From: Pirellula staleyi DSM 6068
GTDB lineage: Bacteria > Planctomycetota > Planctomycetia > Pirellulales > Pirellulaceae
Direction of reading: 5' to 3'
NCBI GenBank assembly: GCA_000025185.1
Contig: CP001848.1
Coordinates: 4,410,001 to 4,442,000 of the forward strand
Length of the DNA: 32,000 bases
The translations under genes and the position numbers were made by a program. Under the pieces are notes generated by a model that worked only from the letters and a program-made list of their open reading frames with translations, made no database searches and was not told the origin of the DNA. Of the stretch, positions 8,289 through 15,990 are shown in pieces (position 1 is the first letter of the stretch; every line of letters starts with the position of its first letter).

Positions 8289-9113
8289 TCAGCCCTGCCA
8301 ACTGCGGCAAGGCTTTTGAAACGGACAGTTGGGGCAGTTCATTGGCGATGGAATGGGGTAGACGATCCCGCGCCGCATCGCTTGCCAAACCTGCCAAAAA
8401 ATGGATCGAGTCCGCTTAATCCGCGCCGAGTCGATGCTGATCTTGCGCATTTCGACGACAGGCGACTTCGACTTCGTTACCACCAGGAATTGCAGCCGAA
8501 TTGGCTTGCCGGGCATTAGCTCCTTAGCGAGCTCGGAATAGAGCATTAGCTGTCCGCCGCTGTCGTGTGCCTGATGCTGGCTCCATCGGCTTTTCGCAGT
8601 TTTAAGATCCGTCACTACCAGTTCACTGCCCTCGTCGAGTATCAAGTCGACACGAGCAAGTAGTTCGGGGCACCCCTCTACGATTCGACCGCGCAGTTCT
8701 TCTTCTACCCCAACGATTTGGCCGTTCGGGTTTGCCAAAGGACTTGCTCGGAAGGCAGACAGTACACGTTCGGCGAGATCGCTAAGTGAGTTGATGTCTT
8801 CGTCTTTGCCGAACTTGATGCTGGCAAGATCGCGTTCCAGCCACGCCGCATGATAGGCGGAAAGCAGTGTATCCAAGGCCGGAGCTGGATTACCTGACAA
8901 GAGTTCGTAGTAATGTAGTTCGGCAGCTTGGTGGATCGCGCTGCCAAAGACCAAGCTGGACGATACGAAGGCCTCTGGAAGACCGTGGACATACCGAAAA
9001 CACCAGCGCAGTGGACAAGCCTGATACGTCGATATCGCTGACCACGAGATGTAATTTCTGCCCGTCAGTTTCTCAGCTACTTCGTTGGGGTCGACGTCGA
9101 GCTCAAGACTCAT
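8289..9113 (-). CDS. Cas4/RecB-like PD-(D/E)xK exonuclease with a 4-Cys (Fe-S type) arrangement
   Basis: N-terminal Cys in YQACPLRW. Core RVDLILDE...LVVTDLKTAKS (8581-8630). C-terminal CPNCPFQKPC, giving the C...CxxCx5C pattern of Cas4/AddB nucleases. The ATGA start overlaps the upstream gene at 9110-9113. Confidence 0.8.
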   Translation of the reverse strand: MSLELDVDPNEVAEKLTGRNYISWSAISTYQACPLRWCFRYVHGLPEAFVSSSLVFGSAIHQAAELHYYELLSGNPAPALDTLLSAYHAAWLERDLASIKFGKDEDINSLSDLAERVLSAFRASPLANPNGQIVGVEEELRGRIVEGCPELLARVDLILDEGSELVVTDLKTAKSRWSQHQAHDSGGQLMLYSELAKELMPGKPIRLQFLVVTKSKSPVVEMRKISIDSARIKRTRSIFWQVWQAMRRGIVYPIPSPMNCPNCPFQKPCRSWQG

Positions 9114-9565
9114 CGTCCCCCTCCGCTGTCGCTGGTCTGAGGCTTAAACGCATCAATCAGTTCCGAAGCCTCCGTGATCGATAGTTCGTCGGCCCGTTTG
9201 ACACCGTAGCGAGCAGCAACTTCTGATGCTAAGTCGATCGCTTGGCGAGTTGCGATACCGTGGAGCGCGCGAACCTGGCTGGCTGTTGCGCTCCGTCGCT
9301 TTGCTGGATGTTGATGACGGCCGCTACCATGTCCGTTGCCATTAGCGTGGCCGTTGGTCGCCGGAGGTGCCGCTTCGCCTTTCAGCTCCTCCTCAACGGC
9401 TTCTTTCGCGAGCCGAAACAAATAGCGAATCTTCTCGCGCAGTTGGTCCGGTTCCCGGACGAGGCTCGACTCCAGTTCGACCTCCAAGTTTACGCTCGCT
9501 CCTCGCGAGCCATAGTTCGCTTCACCGACTTTGCGGTTAAGGCCGACATTCATCGTAAGTGGCAT
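9110..9565 (-). CDS. Hypothetical protein (151 aa) with a His/Gly/Asn-rich linker
   Basis: GGAGC 7 nt upstream of the ATG. Translationally coupled to the nuclease gene. No motif recognised. Confidence 0.65.
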   Translation of the reverse strand: MPLTMNVGLNRKVGEANYGSRGASVNLEVELESSLVREPDQLREKIRYLFRLAKEAVEEELKGEAAPPATNGHANGNGHGSGRHQHPAKRRSATASQVRALHGIATRQAIDLASEVAARYGVKRADELSITEASELIDAFKPQTSDSGGGR

Positions 9566-9630
9566 GATCTGCTCCGACTTGAAATGGACAACAATAGATC
9601 GAAACGGTGGAGTCGCTTGGCCACCGTTTG

Positions 9631-11079
9631 CTACGCAACATGCTGCAACTGTTTGAGCGAAGCTAGCGCCGACTTGAGTGACTTCTGGCTGCGCTTTTCG
9701 ACGTTGATCTGCCGAATCAGATCCTTGACTGCATCAAGCGTTGATCGCAGTTGGTCTCGCACGACGACAGCCTGCTCGTAAGCTCCACCTGGCCTTTTCG
9801 GCGATGTCGCGGAGCAATGGCGATTGGGCGAGTGCTTCGCAGCGACTCGCGGCTCATTCGTAGGTGGAGCTGAAGAAGCCTGTTGCGCGGCTGGTCTGGA
9901 AGCAATTCGATTCACCGCAATTGCACTTCGAGTAAGTGAGCTAGGTTGACGGTGGCCGGAGCTAAGCGGCGACTCGATGCGAAGGCAATCGGTGGTCGGC
10001 TTGATCGCCTCTTTGGGATCGAGAACCATCCACAAAAAGACGCGGGAACCGTCACGGGCCACAGCAGGCGACGTGTTGTCGGGCAGTTCGATCTCTGTAA
10101 ATCCCAATCGCGCCGCTCGCGCCAAGTACTGGCGATCTGTGCAAACGAGCAGATCGTCGCCTCGCTTACTGGAGTTGCGCAGAACCATCTCGGTGGGGCG
10201 AAGAGTGTCAGGAGCTGAGGCTCGGAGAACGACGTGTCCATTGACGTCGAGCGTCAATTCACGATTCGTTGTGCCGCTCGGGAGTCGATGGAGATTTTCG
10301 GTCAGGAACTTCGCATCGGTAGAACCGAGCTGTAGCGTCGCCTTACTGTGGCCAGGCGCGGGAACAGTTCTGTCCACATCGGGGTAGCGTCCTTCGACGA
10401 CAGGCAGCCAATACGACCAGGGGCCGATCTGGAACACGACCATCTTGTCGCCGCTCTTGCCGACTCGCACCGGCTGATCAGCGGGGAGATGCTTGCTGGC
10501 GAAGAGCTTCGTTTGGCAGAGTAGCAAATCCTCGTCAAATCCAAACGTGAAGCCGGATTGCTTCAGGAGTTGTCGGCCATCGGTGGCGGCAATCACCCCT
10601 TCGCGGCCGCGCACCTGGATGCTTGCGAGTGCGTAGCGACTGCTTTCGGCATCGGTAGTTTCGTATGCTTCGCGCAGTGCAGTCAGAAGCGCGGGCGGAT
10701 TCTCGCTGAAGGTCTCCGGCAGAGTTGGGAACGGTGGAGCATCCGCACTGGATTCAGGAGCATCGTACTCCAGATCGCGCACAATACCTCTGTCTTCCCA
10801 GTTCGCGCCGAGCACGCCGTCGCGGCGAGAGTCTAAATAGACCGGCTCAGGTTTCGATCCCTGAACGTCCTCCAGCACGTTAAACGGAACGAGTAAGTGC
10901 TGCTGCTCACGAGGCTGCGGATCGTGATATCGCAGAGCTTGATTGGCCCCTTGGACATCGATGAACAAGCCATCCTGTCCCGCGCGAAACGCAAGAGCGG
11001 GTATTGGGCCTCGGCCTGGAAACAACATTTTGACCATCGAGCGAAGTTGTTTGGCCAGCAGACGGGAAATTTGAATCAA
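9631..11079 (-). CDS. DNA polymerase III beta sliding-clamp homologue (DnaN-like) with a ~110-aa C-terminal extension
   Basis: SRYALASIQVRGREGVIAATDGRQLL (10561-10600 region) matches the (S/T)RY.L.G...ATDGHRL clamp signature, about 150 aa from the N-terminus as in DnaN. Start chosen as TTG 11079 with AAGGAG 8 nt upstream. The 552-aa track ORF has an implausible N-terminal extension. Confidence 0.75.
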   Translation of the reverse strand: MIQISRLLAKQLRSMVKMLFPGRGPIPALAFRAGQDGLFIDVQGANQALRYHDPQPREQQHLLVPFNVLEDVQGSKPEPVYLDSRRDGVLGANWEDRGIVRDLEYDAPESSADAPPFPTLPETFSENPPALLTALREAYETTDAESSRYALASIQVRGREGVIAATDGRQLLKQSGFTFGFDEDLLLCQTKLFASKHLPADQPVRVGKSGDKMVVFQIGPWSYWLPVVEGRYPDVDRTVPAPGHSKATLQLGSTDAKFLTENLHRLPSGTTNRELTLDVNGHVVLRASAPDTLRPTEMVLRNSSKRGDDLLVCTDRQYLARAARLGFTEIELPDNTSPAVARDGSRVFLWMVLDPKEAIKPTTDCLRIESPLSSGHRQPSSLTRSAIAVNRIASRPAAQQASSAPPTNEPRVAAKHSPNRHCSATSPKRPGGAYEQAVVVRDQLRSTLDAVKDLIRQINVEKRSQKSLKSALASLKQLQHVA

Positions 11080-11167
11080 GGCTAGGACTCCTTGGTGATT
11101 GCAGAAGATCGAAAAGGGGGCAGCAGCCCGATTGCTGCCGCCGTGAAAAAGCCAGCACACAGCGTCG

Positions 11168-11359
11168 TTAGGCCGCGTAGTTTCCTCGCGCCAGATCGAG
11201 CATGTCCCAATCCACCGTATTGGGATCAAGGTTTTCTTCTTCCTGCTCGATCGGAAAGACTTGCAGTGGCGAAATGATGCTGAATCCACGACGACTGACA
11301 GTACGGACCGATTCGCCGGTGGCTTCCGCCACAGCTTGGTTTAGTTCTGCTTGGGTCAT
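11168..11359 (-). CDS. Small protein (63 aa); N-terminus resembles HU/IHF helix 1
   Basis: Internal ATG 11359 is preceded by GAGGAG. MTQAELNQAVAEATGESVRTVS resembles the MxKxELxxAVAExTGxS start of HU/IHF proteins, but the protein is too short to be a full HU. Confidence 0.45.
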   Translation of the reverse strand: MTQAELNQAVAEATGESVRTVSRRGFSIISPLQVFPIEQEEENLDPNTVDWDMLDLARGNYAA

Positions 11360-11390
11360 GTAAAATCTCCTCAAACAAGTAGTGACAAAC

Positions 11391-11427
11391 AAAAAAGGCT
11401 CGCCAGCGCACGCGCGCAGAACGAGCC
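11391..11427 (-). terminator. Intrinsic terminator splitting the minus-strand block into two units
   Basis: Minus strand reads GGCTCG-ttct-GCGC-gcgt-GCGC-tgg-CGAGCC followed by TTTTTTGTTTG. It lies between the stop at 11473 and the next start at 11359. Confidence 0.55.
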
Positions 11428-11472
11428 CGACAAATGGCTTGAGCAAAATTCAAAAGAGAAGCGCAGCGAGCG

Positions 11473-11718
11473 CTAGACAGCTGGTGTAAGCCAATGCTCT
11501 GCCAGCCAGGCCACCTCGGCCGCTAAGGCGTCGCTGCGAGATTCAAACGGCCCTAGAGTAGGACCGGAAACCGGTGACAGATCGCAGAGCCAGCGTCCCT
11601 GCGAATCGGGCTCGACGTGCGATCCTCGGCGAATGGTGAGTAGTCCGAACTGCGCGAGGTCAATCGCTTCGCTGTAGATGCAGCGCAGGTCGCCGCTGGG
11701 TTCAATGACTAGCTCCAT
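11473..11718 (-). CDS. Hypothetical protein (81 aa)
   Basis: ORF starts 9 nt after the upstream stop (operon packing). Normal composition. No motif recognised. Confidence 0.55.
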   Translation of the reverse strand: MELVIEPSGDLRCIYSEAIDLAQFGLLTIRRGSHVEPDSQGRWLCDLSPVSGPTLGPFESRSDALAAEVAWLAEHWLTPAV

Positions 11719-11726
11719 GGGGATAG

Positions 11727-12671
11727 TCAGCCCTTTCCCCGGCGCAGAATGTTACGGCGAGGCTTATCGACCAGCAGGCCGTCAAGCGTTGCTTGAACGG
11801 TCGAGAGCTGTGTGGCGATTTCTTGCCGGAGCGCGGCATCGTCGCGCAGTTGCTGTGGCTGGACTCCCGAAACGATGCTGCGGGCATCGGACACTAGCGA
11901 GTCGAGCTGTTCATTGGATCGTACATTGAGTTGCCGGAAGCGCTCGAAGAACTCACGCAGGTTCTCGATGGCCGAGTCGCGGAAGATTTTTGGCTTGCCG
12001 TCGTCGCCACCGCTAAGCCGCTCCGTGAGATGCGAAACGAGCTTCGCCAGTTCTTCTGTGAACGCTTGTTCGGCAAGCTGAACCGCTTCATCGAATCGCG
12101 CAGCAACACGGGCGGCTTCGCGCTCGTAAAGCTGCGGCGCGAGCCGATGGAGATAGTTGGGCGGTTCCACGGACGGAAAATCCCAACTCACGTCGAACCA
12201 ACCACGCAGCGTCGCCGGATAATCACTCGCGTTGTAGAGCGACCCGAGCCTGCGACGGGCGGCCGACTTCAATTCGTCGTACCGAGTTTCAAGTTGCCGC
12301 ACCGATTCTTCCAGCTCCTGCCGGAAGGTCGTGAGCTGCAGCGAGAACCCTTCGATCATGACTTGGCGAATCAGGCGAATCCCCGGCTCGGGAAACGGGA
12401 GCGAGACATTCCGCCAGTACGCAAGAATCTGGGTTCGTACACTCGTGACCGCTTTGAAACTGGGATGGGACGTATCGAGCAGCTTCTTCCCGGCTGACAG
12501 ATAGGTTCGCTCGGCCCCGAAGGTCTCGGCCGCTTGCGACTTTTGTTCGGCGCTGAGGGTCTTACGGACTCCAAGCCAGGTGAACATGACGCGGACGGCT
12601 GCCGTCGTGGCGCGCAGTCGCTCCACCGAATCGCTGGCCGCATTAGAAAGATCGTCTAATAGTGTGGGCAT
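11727..12671 (-). CDS. Hypothetical helical protein (314 aa), possibly DUF3150-like
   Basis: AAGGAA 6 nt upstream of the ATG. Long predicted coiled/helical segments. The DUF3150 assignment is from memory of family-like length and context only. Confidence 0.6.
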   Translation of the reverse strand: MPTLLDDLSNAASDSVERLRATTAAVRVMFTWLGVRKTLSAEQKSQAAETFGAERTYLSAGKKLLDTSHPSFKAVTSVRTQILAYWRNVSLPFPEPGIRLIRQVMIEGFSLQLTTFRQELEESVRQLETRYDELKSAARRRLGSLYNASDYPATLRGWFDVSWDFPSVEPPNYLHRLAPQLYEREAARVAARFDEAVQLAEQAFTEELAKLVSHLTERLSGGDDGKPKIFRDSAIENLREFFERFRQLNVRSNEQLDSLVSDARSIVSGVQPQQLRDDAALRQEIATQLSTVQATLDGLLVDKPRRNILRRGKG

Positions 12672-12716
12672 GAAGATTCCTTGGAATTTGGTTAAGAGTT
12701 AGGGGGCGATGGAGAG

Positions 12717-13280
12717 CTACGCCGCGCGGCGAAGGCCAAGCGACTTGCCGATTTCAAACGCTGGTAACGGTGATGGCCTGACAGGGATGATCCGCTGGAA
12801 CCGCTGCATCACCTCGTCGCATTGTTGCCGTAGCTGTCGTCGCGGCCCGCGATACAACTGCCTGCGAAACGCAGTGAGTGTTTCGGCGAACTCCCAGACT
12901 GGCAGTGCGGCTGTCACCAGTTCGCCATCGTGCAGTGGCAATGAACACTCGCCGATTTCAGGGCGATACACGGTGAGTGTCTCACCGCCGTCAAACCCGG
13001 CTTCGGTTTGGAGATCAAACGGGATTCGTCGCTTGCGGAGGAACGCTTCGAGCGGCTCCATCCGCCCATGACGGGCCTCTGCATCCAACAGACGCAGTAC
13101 ACTTTCGCCGTCAATTGTTTGCCGCGCGGCGAGTAGATCGTCCGCCGACTGTGGCAAGAATGGCTCATCGCCCCAATCGAGGGCGACTCGCTGCAAGCGA
13201 ATCGTTGAACACAGACTTGGCACGATCGCCCGTGAAAGGCAGCCGCCGATGGTGATTTGAGCGGCGCGAAAATCCGACAT
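12717..13280 (-). CDS. Hypothetical protein (187 aa)
   Basis: Internal ATG 13280 (MSDFRAAQ...) is preceded by AGGAG 8 nt upstream. The upstream extension to 13355 lacks an RBS. Confidence 0.6.
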   Translation of the reverse strand: MSDFRAAQITIGGCLSRAIVPSLCSTIRLQRVALDWGDEPFLPQSADDLLAARQTIDGESVLRLLDAEARHGRMEPLEAFLRKRRIPFDLQTEAGFDGGETLTVYRPEIGECSLPLHDGELVTAALPVWEFAETLTAFRRQLYRGPRRQLRQQCDEVMQRFQRIIPVRPSPLPAFEIGKSLGLRRAA

Positions 13281-13363
13281 CGGACATCTCCTGAAATATG
13301 AAAAAGTTTGTTGGGAATGCGCATCCACTACGCAGCGGACGCGCTGTAGCAACACAAGTTCCC

Positions 13364-14854
13364 TTAGTTCTGCGACGGATCACGCGAGACTTTGCGGCGA
13401 GCCTTGGTCTCCGCCGCGCACCGGTAGATCCCAGGTTGGTCGGCACTGAGGCAGCGCCCCGATGCCCACGCGCGCAACTTGCTGACCGATTCGGCGGCAG
13501 TGACGGCGACTGGCACGACGTTCTGTGCAGCCTGAATCAGCGGCAGGTCGAGAATTGAGGCCAGACGACAGCAAGCTCGAATCTCAGCGCCTGTCCAACC
13601 TTCGTCAGGAGGGAGTCGTTGGCGAGCATCGAGGTCAAACTGATGGAGGTACAGTCGCCAAATCGCTTGACGCTCCTCCTCACCTGGCAAGTTCAAAAAG
13701 AAGACACCGTCGAAACGCTCAGCTCGCGAGAACTCGGGAGGTAGCCGCGAAATGTCGTTGCACGTGGCAACTAAGTAGACATCACTGGTGTGATCGTTCA
13801 TCCAAGTGAGCAGCGAACCGAACAGCCTTGCCGAGACACCGCTATCACCGCTGCTTCCAACACCCGAGAGACTCTTTTCAATCTCATCTGCAAACAGGAT
13901 GCAGGGGGACATGGCGTCGGCAATCTTGAGCGCCTGCCGAATATTGGATTCCGACTGACCGACGAGGCTCCCCATCAGTGCGCCGATATCGAGCGTAAGT
14001 GTTGGCCTGCCAGTTTCGTGCCCCAACGCTTTGGCAAATGCGCTCTTCCCTGTGCCAGGTACACCCAGCAGCAGCACACCGCGCGGACGCTTGTGAGGCT
14101 GTCGCTGTGAAGTGTGCAGCAACGATCGCTTGCAAAATGCTTTCAGTGCTTGGAGTCCTCCCAAGCTCTGAAAGTCCTGCTCACTTCGATGCAATTGCAG
14201 CAGACCACTTTTCTTTAGCTGTTGCGATTTGAGTTCCCAAAGTGGTTGGGGTTCGATCCTTCCGTGTCGAACAAGTGAGAGGCTAAATGCGTTCTCAGCT
14301 TCGTGTCGCGTAAGGCCTACCGCCGCATCCAGAACGCGATCGAGCCCCGCTCCCGAAGGAAGCTCTCCCTCTTCTGTCGCTACTTCCTGGGCAATCGACC
14401 GTAGCTGCTCGCGTGACGGCAGCTCATGCTCCATCACCACGAATAACTTTTCGAGCTCCACCGGAATCTGAACGATCGGCGCGAGAATCACCAATATGGT
14501 TCGATTCTGTTTACCGGCCACGATCTGACGAGCGAGTGCCTGAACAATCTCTGCGCTCTGCAGGAATCGGTGGAAATTCTGAAGCACGAGAATCGCAGTG
14601 CCATCGGGGGTCGCCAGACCGTTGATTGATCGGATTGCCGCGAGTGGATCTTGGCCACCGCTTTCCGTGGGGGACGATTGTGCTGCGATCACCAATCCCG
14701 ATTCGATGTCCCAAGTGGCCATGTGCCATGCAGGTTGTTGCTGCTCACACATCTGGCGGATTTCAGTGAGAGCGTCGGAATGTTCGTGGGATTCAATCCA
14801 TAGTCCGCTGAAAGCAGCGGCAATGTGTTCTTGCAGTTGGGTAGCTAAGGACAT
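13364..14854 (-). CDS. Classical-clade AAA+ ATPase, Ycf46-like (496 aa)
   Basis: Walker A GVLLLGVPGTGKS (14041-14080), Walker B CILFADEIEK (13873-13902), and an FtsH/Cdc48-type second region of homology. ATG 14854 is preceded by GGGAGGTG. The N-terminal domain MSLATQLQEHIAAAFSGLWIESHEHSDAL resembles Ycf46-type proteins. Confidence 0.88.
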   Translation of the reverse strand: MSLATQLQEHIAAAFSGLWIESHEHSDALTEIRQMCEQQQPAWHMATWDIESGLVIAAQSSPTESGGQDPLAAIRSINGLATPDGTAILVLQNFHRFLQSAEIVQALARQIVAGKQNRTILVILAPIVQIPVELEKLFVVMEHELPSREQLRSIAQEVATEEGELPSGAGLDRVLDAAVGLTRHEAENAFSLSLVRHGRIEPQPLWELKSQQLKKSGLLQLHRSEQDFQSLGGLQALKAFCKRSLLHTSQRQPHKRPRGVLLLGVPGTGKSAFAKALGHETGRPTLTLDIGALMGSLVGQSESNIRQALKIADAMSPCILFADEIEKSLSGVGSSGDSGVSARLFGSLLTWMNDHTSDVYLVATCNDISRLPPEFSRAERFDGVFFLNLPGEEERQAIWRLYLHQFDLDARQRLPPDEGWTGAEIRACCRLASILDLPLIQAAQNVVPVAVTAAESVSKLRAWASGRCLSADQPGIYRCAAETKARRKVSRDPSQN

Positions 14855-15088
14855 AGCACCTCCCTGGAAATTTGAATGTTGCGCGGCATCCAAAACGGTG
14901 AGCCGAAGAAGAAACCTTGCTGCAACGAGCAGTAGGTCTTTAGAAGTCACAGCGCGAAGGCGCATAGCCCTGCCCTGCGATCGAAATGTTTGGTTGGCCA
15001 AGACTGATTAGGAGCGACAGCGAGTATGGCCTGCTGCTGTATGTGATAGGAGTTGAGTTCTGCAGTGATCGCAGACGCGAGAAATCGA

Positions 15089-15286
15089 CTAACCGGCTCG
15101 CCCCTCGTGCGATTGTTGCTGTGTCGATGGAGTGTAGAACTCGCTGGTCAGCTTCTCGGATGTCACAGCTCCTAGCGCCTGCTCTAAGTAGGCCGACGCG
15201 GACTTGCATTCTTGACCGCCAATTCCTTTCGTGTGAATGGAAAGTTGACCACTCGTTGAAATAATCACTTCGATGATCTGGCTCAC
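15089..15286 (-). CDS. DUF2997-like small protein (65 aa)
   Basis: (M)SQIIEVIISTSGQLSIHTKGIGGQECKSASAYLEQALG fits the DUF2997 pattern (I.V.I.pdG.v.i..kG..G..C......le.aLG). The GTG start overlaps the upstream stop (GTGA), and GGGAGG lies upstream. Confidence 0.65.
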   Translation of the reverse strand: MSQIIEVIISTSGQLSIHTKGIGGQECKSASAYLEQALGAVTSEKLTSEFYTPSTQQQSHEGRAG

Positions 15287-15651
15287 GCTGCACCTCCCAC
15301 ATGGATGGTCAGTTTGATCTCGCCGCTGGGAAGTGTTTGCTCGGTGACGGAATGTCCGCGTTTACGAGCCTCGATCTTCGCTTTTTCAGCAGCGTAGGCT
15401 TGCAGAAACTTGTCGAGTTCAGCTTGCTCCCCCCAGCGCCCGCCATAGTTGTCAAAATCAACCCGCCCACTGCTGACATCAACGACAGCCGGATATTTCC
15501 AGCCTGGTAGCTGAACGATCAGTCCTGTTTTCGTCGTAGTAAATAGCTTCGCTGTGCCCTGCGTCGGTGCCGGAATTCTGATCCGCCGACAGGCAGCATC
15601 CACAGCCACTGGATCACGAACTTGCGTTTGAATCTGAACAATGTGTGACAT
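15283..15651 (-). CDS. DUF1257 (Ycf35-like) protein (122 aa)
   Basis: MSHIVQIQTQVRD...LPGWKYPAVVD...DNYGGRWGEQAELDKFLQAYA matches the remembered DUF1257 pattern (MSHFS.I.T.I.D ... GW.YP ... Y.G.WG). AGGAGG 8 nt upstream of the ATG. Confidence 0.72.
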   Translation of the reverse strand: MSHIVQIQTQVRDPVAVDAACRRIRIPAPTQGTAKLFTTTKTGLIVQLPGWKYPAVVDVSSGRVDFDNYGGRWGEQAELDKFLQAYAAEKAKIEARKRGHSVTEQTLPSGEIKLTIHVGGAA

Positions 15652-15737
15652 GGGTTATGTCCTCCTAGCGGAAGGTAGATCGAATAGCTCGCAGCAGAAG
15701 GCAGGAGCATCGGGATGGCCAGATTGGCCACGAGTGA

Positions 15738-15771
15738 GCGTGAACTTTACAAATGCTCGCAAAGTTCACGC
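15738..15771. promoter_or_regulatory. 11-bp perfect palindrome upstream of the DUF1257 operon (candidate operator)
   Basis: gcgtgaacttt (15738-15748) and aaagttcacgc (15761-15771) with a 12-nt spacer. It lies 87-120 nt upstream of the 15651 start and downstream of the J-domain gene terminator. Confidence 0.4.
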
Positions 15772-15898
15772 GTCGTGATGGATACACTCCACCACCAACT
15801 CTTTATGACGCAATTGATGCGGCTATTTAGGCTCGGCTTTGGCCTGTAGATGGACGCGCAATCTCGGTAGCAATCGCGTCGAACTTGGGCGAAAACAA

Positions 15899-15925
15899 GA
15901 AGGCCCCGCAGGGGCATATTCCTTC
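15899..15925 (-). terminator. Intrinsic terminator of the J-domain/protease gene
   Basis: Minus strand reads GAAGG-aatatg-CCCC-tgc-GGGG-CCTTC followed by TTGTTTTC. It starts 66 nt after the stop at 15991. Confidence 0.5.
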
Positions 15926-15990
15926 GGCGAATAGCAAGCTGGTAAAGCGATGCTCTGCAGAATTGGCTCGAATGAAAGTGGCTCCGTCAG

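Noticed and set aside
9631-11289. Full 552-aa ORF for the clamp-like gene
   Set aside because: The first ~70 codons (MDSASFRHCKSFRSSRKKK...) are not protein-like and overlap the upstream small gene. An AAGGAG-TTG start at 11079 gives an N-terminus that aligns with DnaN starts.
13364-15001. Full 545-aa ORF for the AAA+ gene, and likewise the extensions to 13355 and 11446 for the two smaller genes
   Set aside because: Strong Shine-Dalgarno sequences precede the internal ATGs (14854, 13280, 11359). The upstream extensions lack an RBS and have odd composition.
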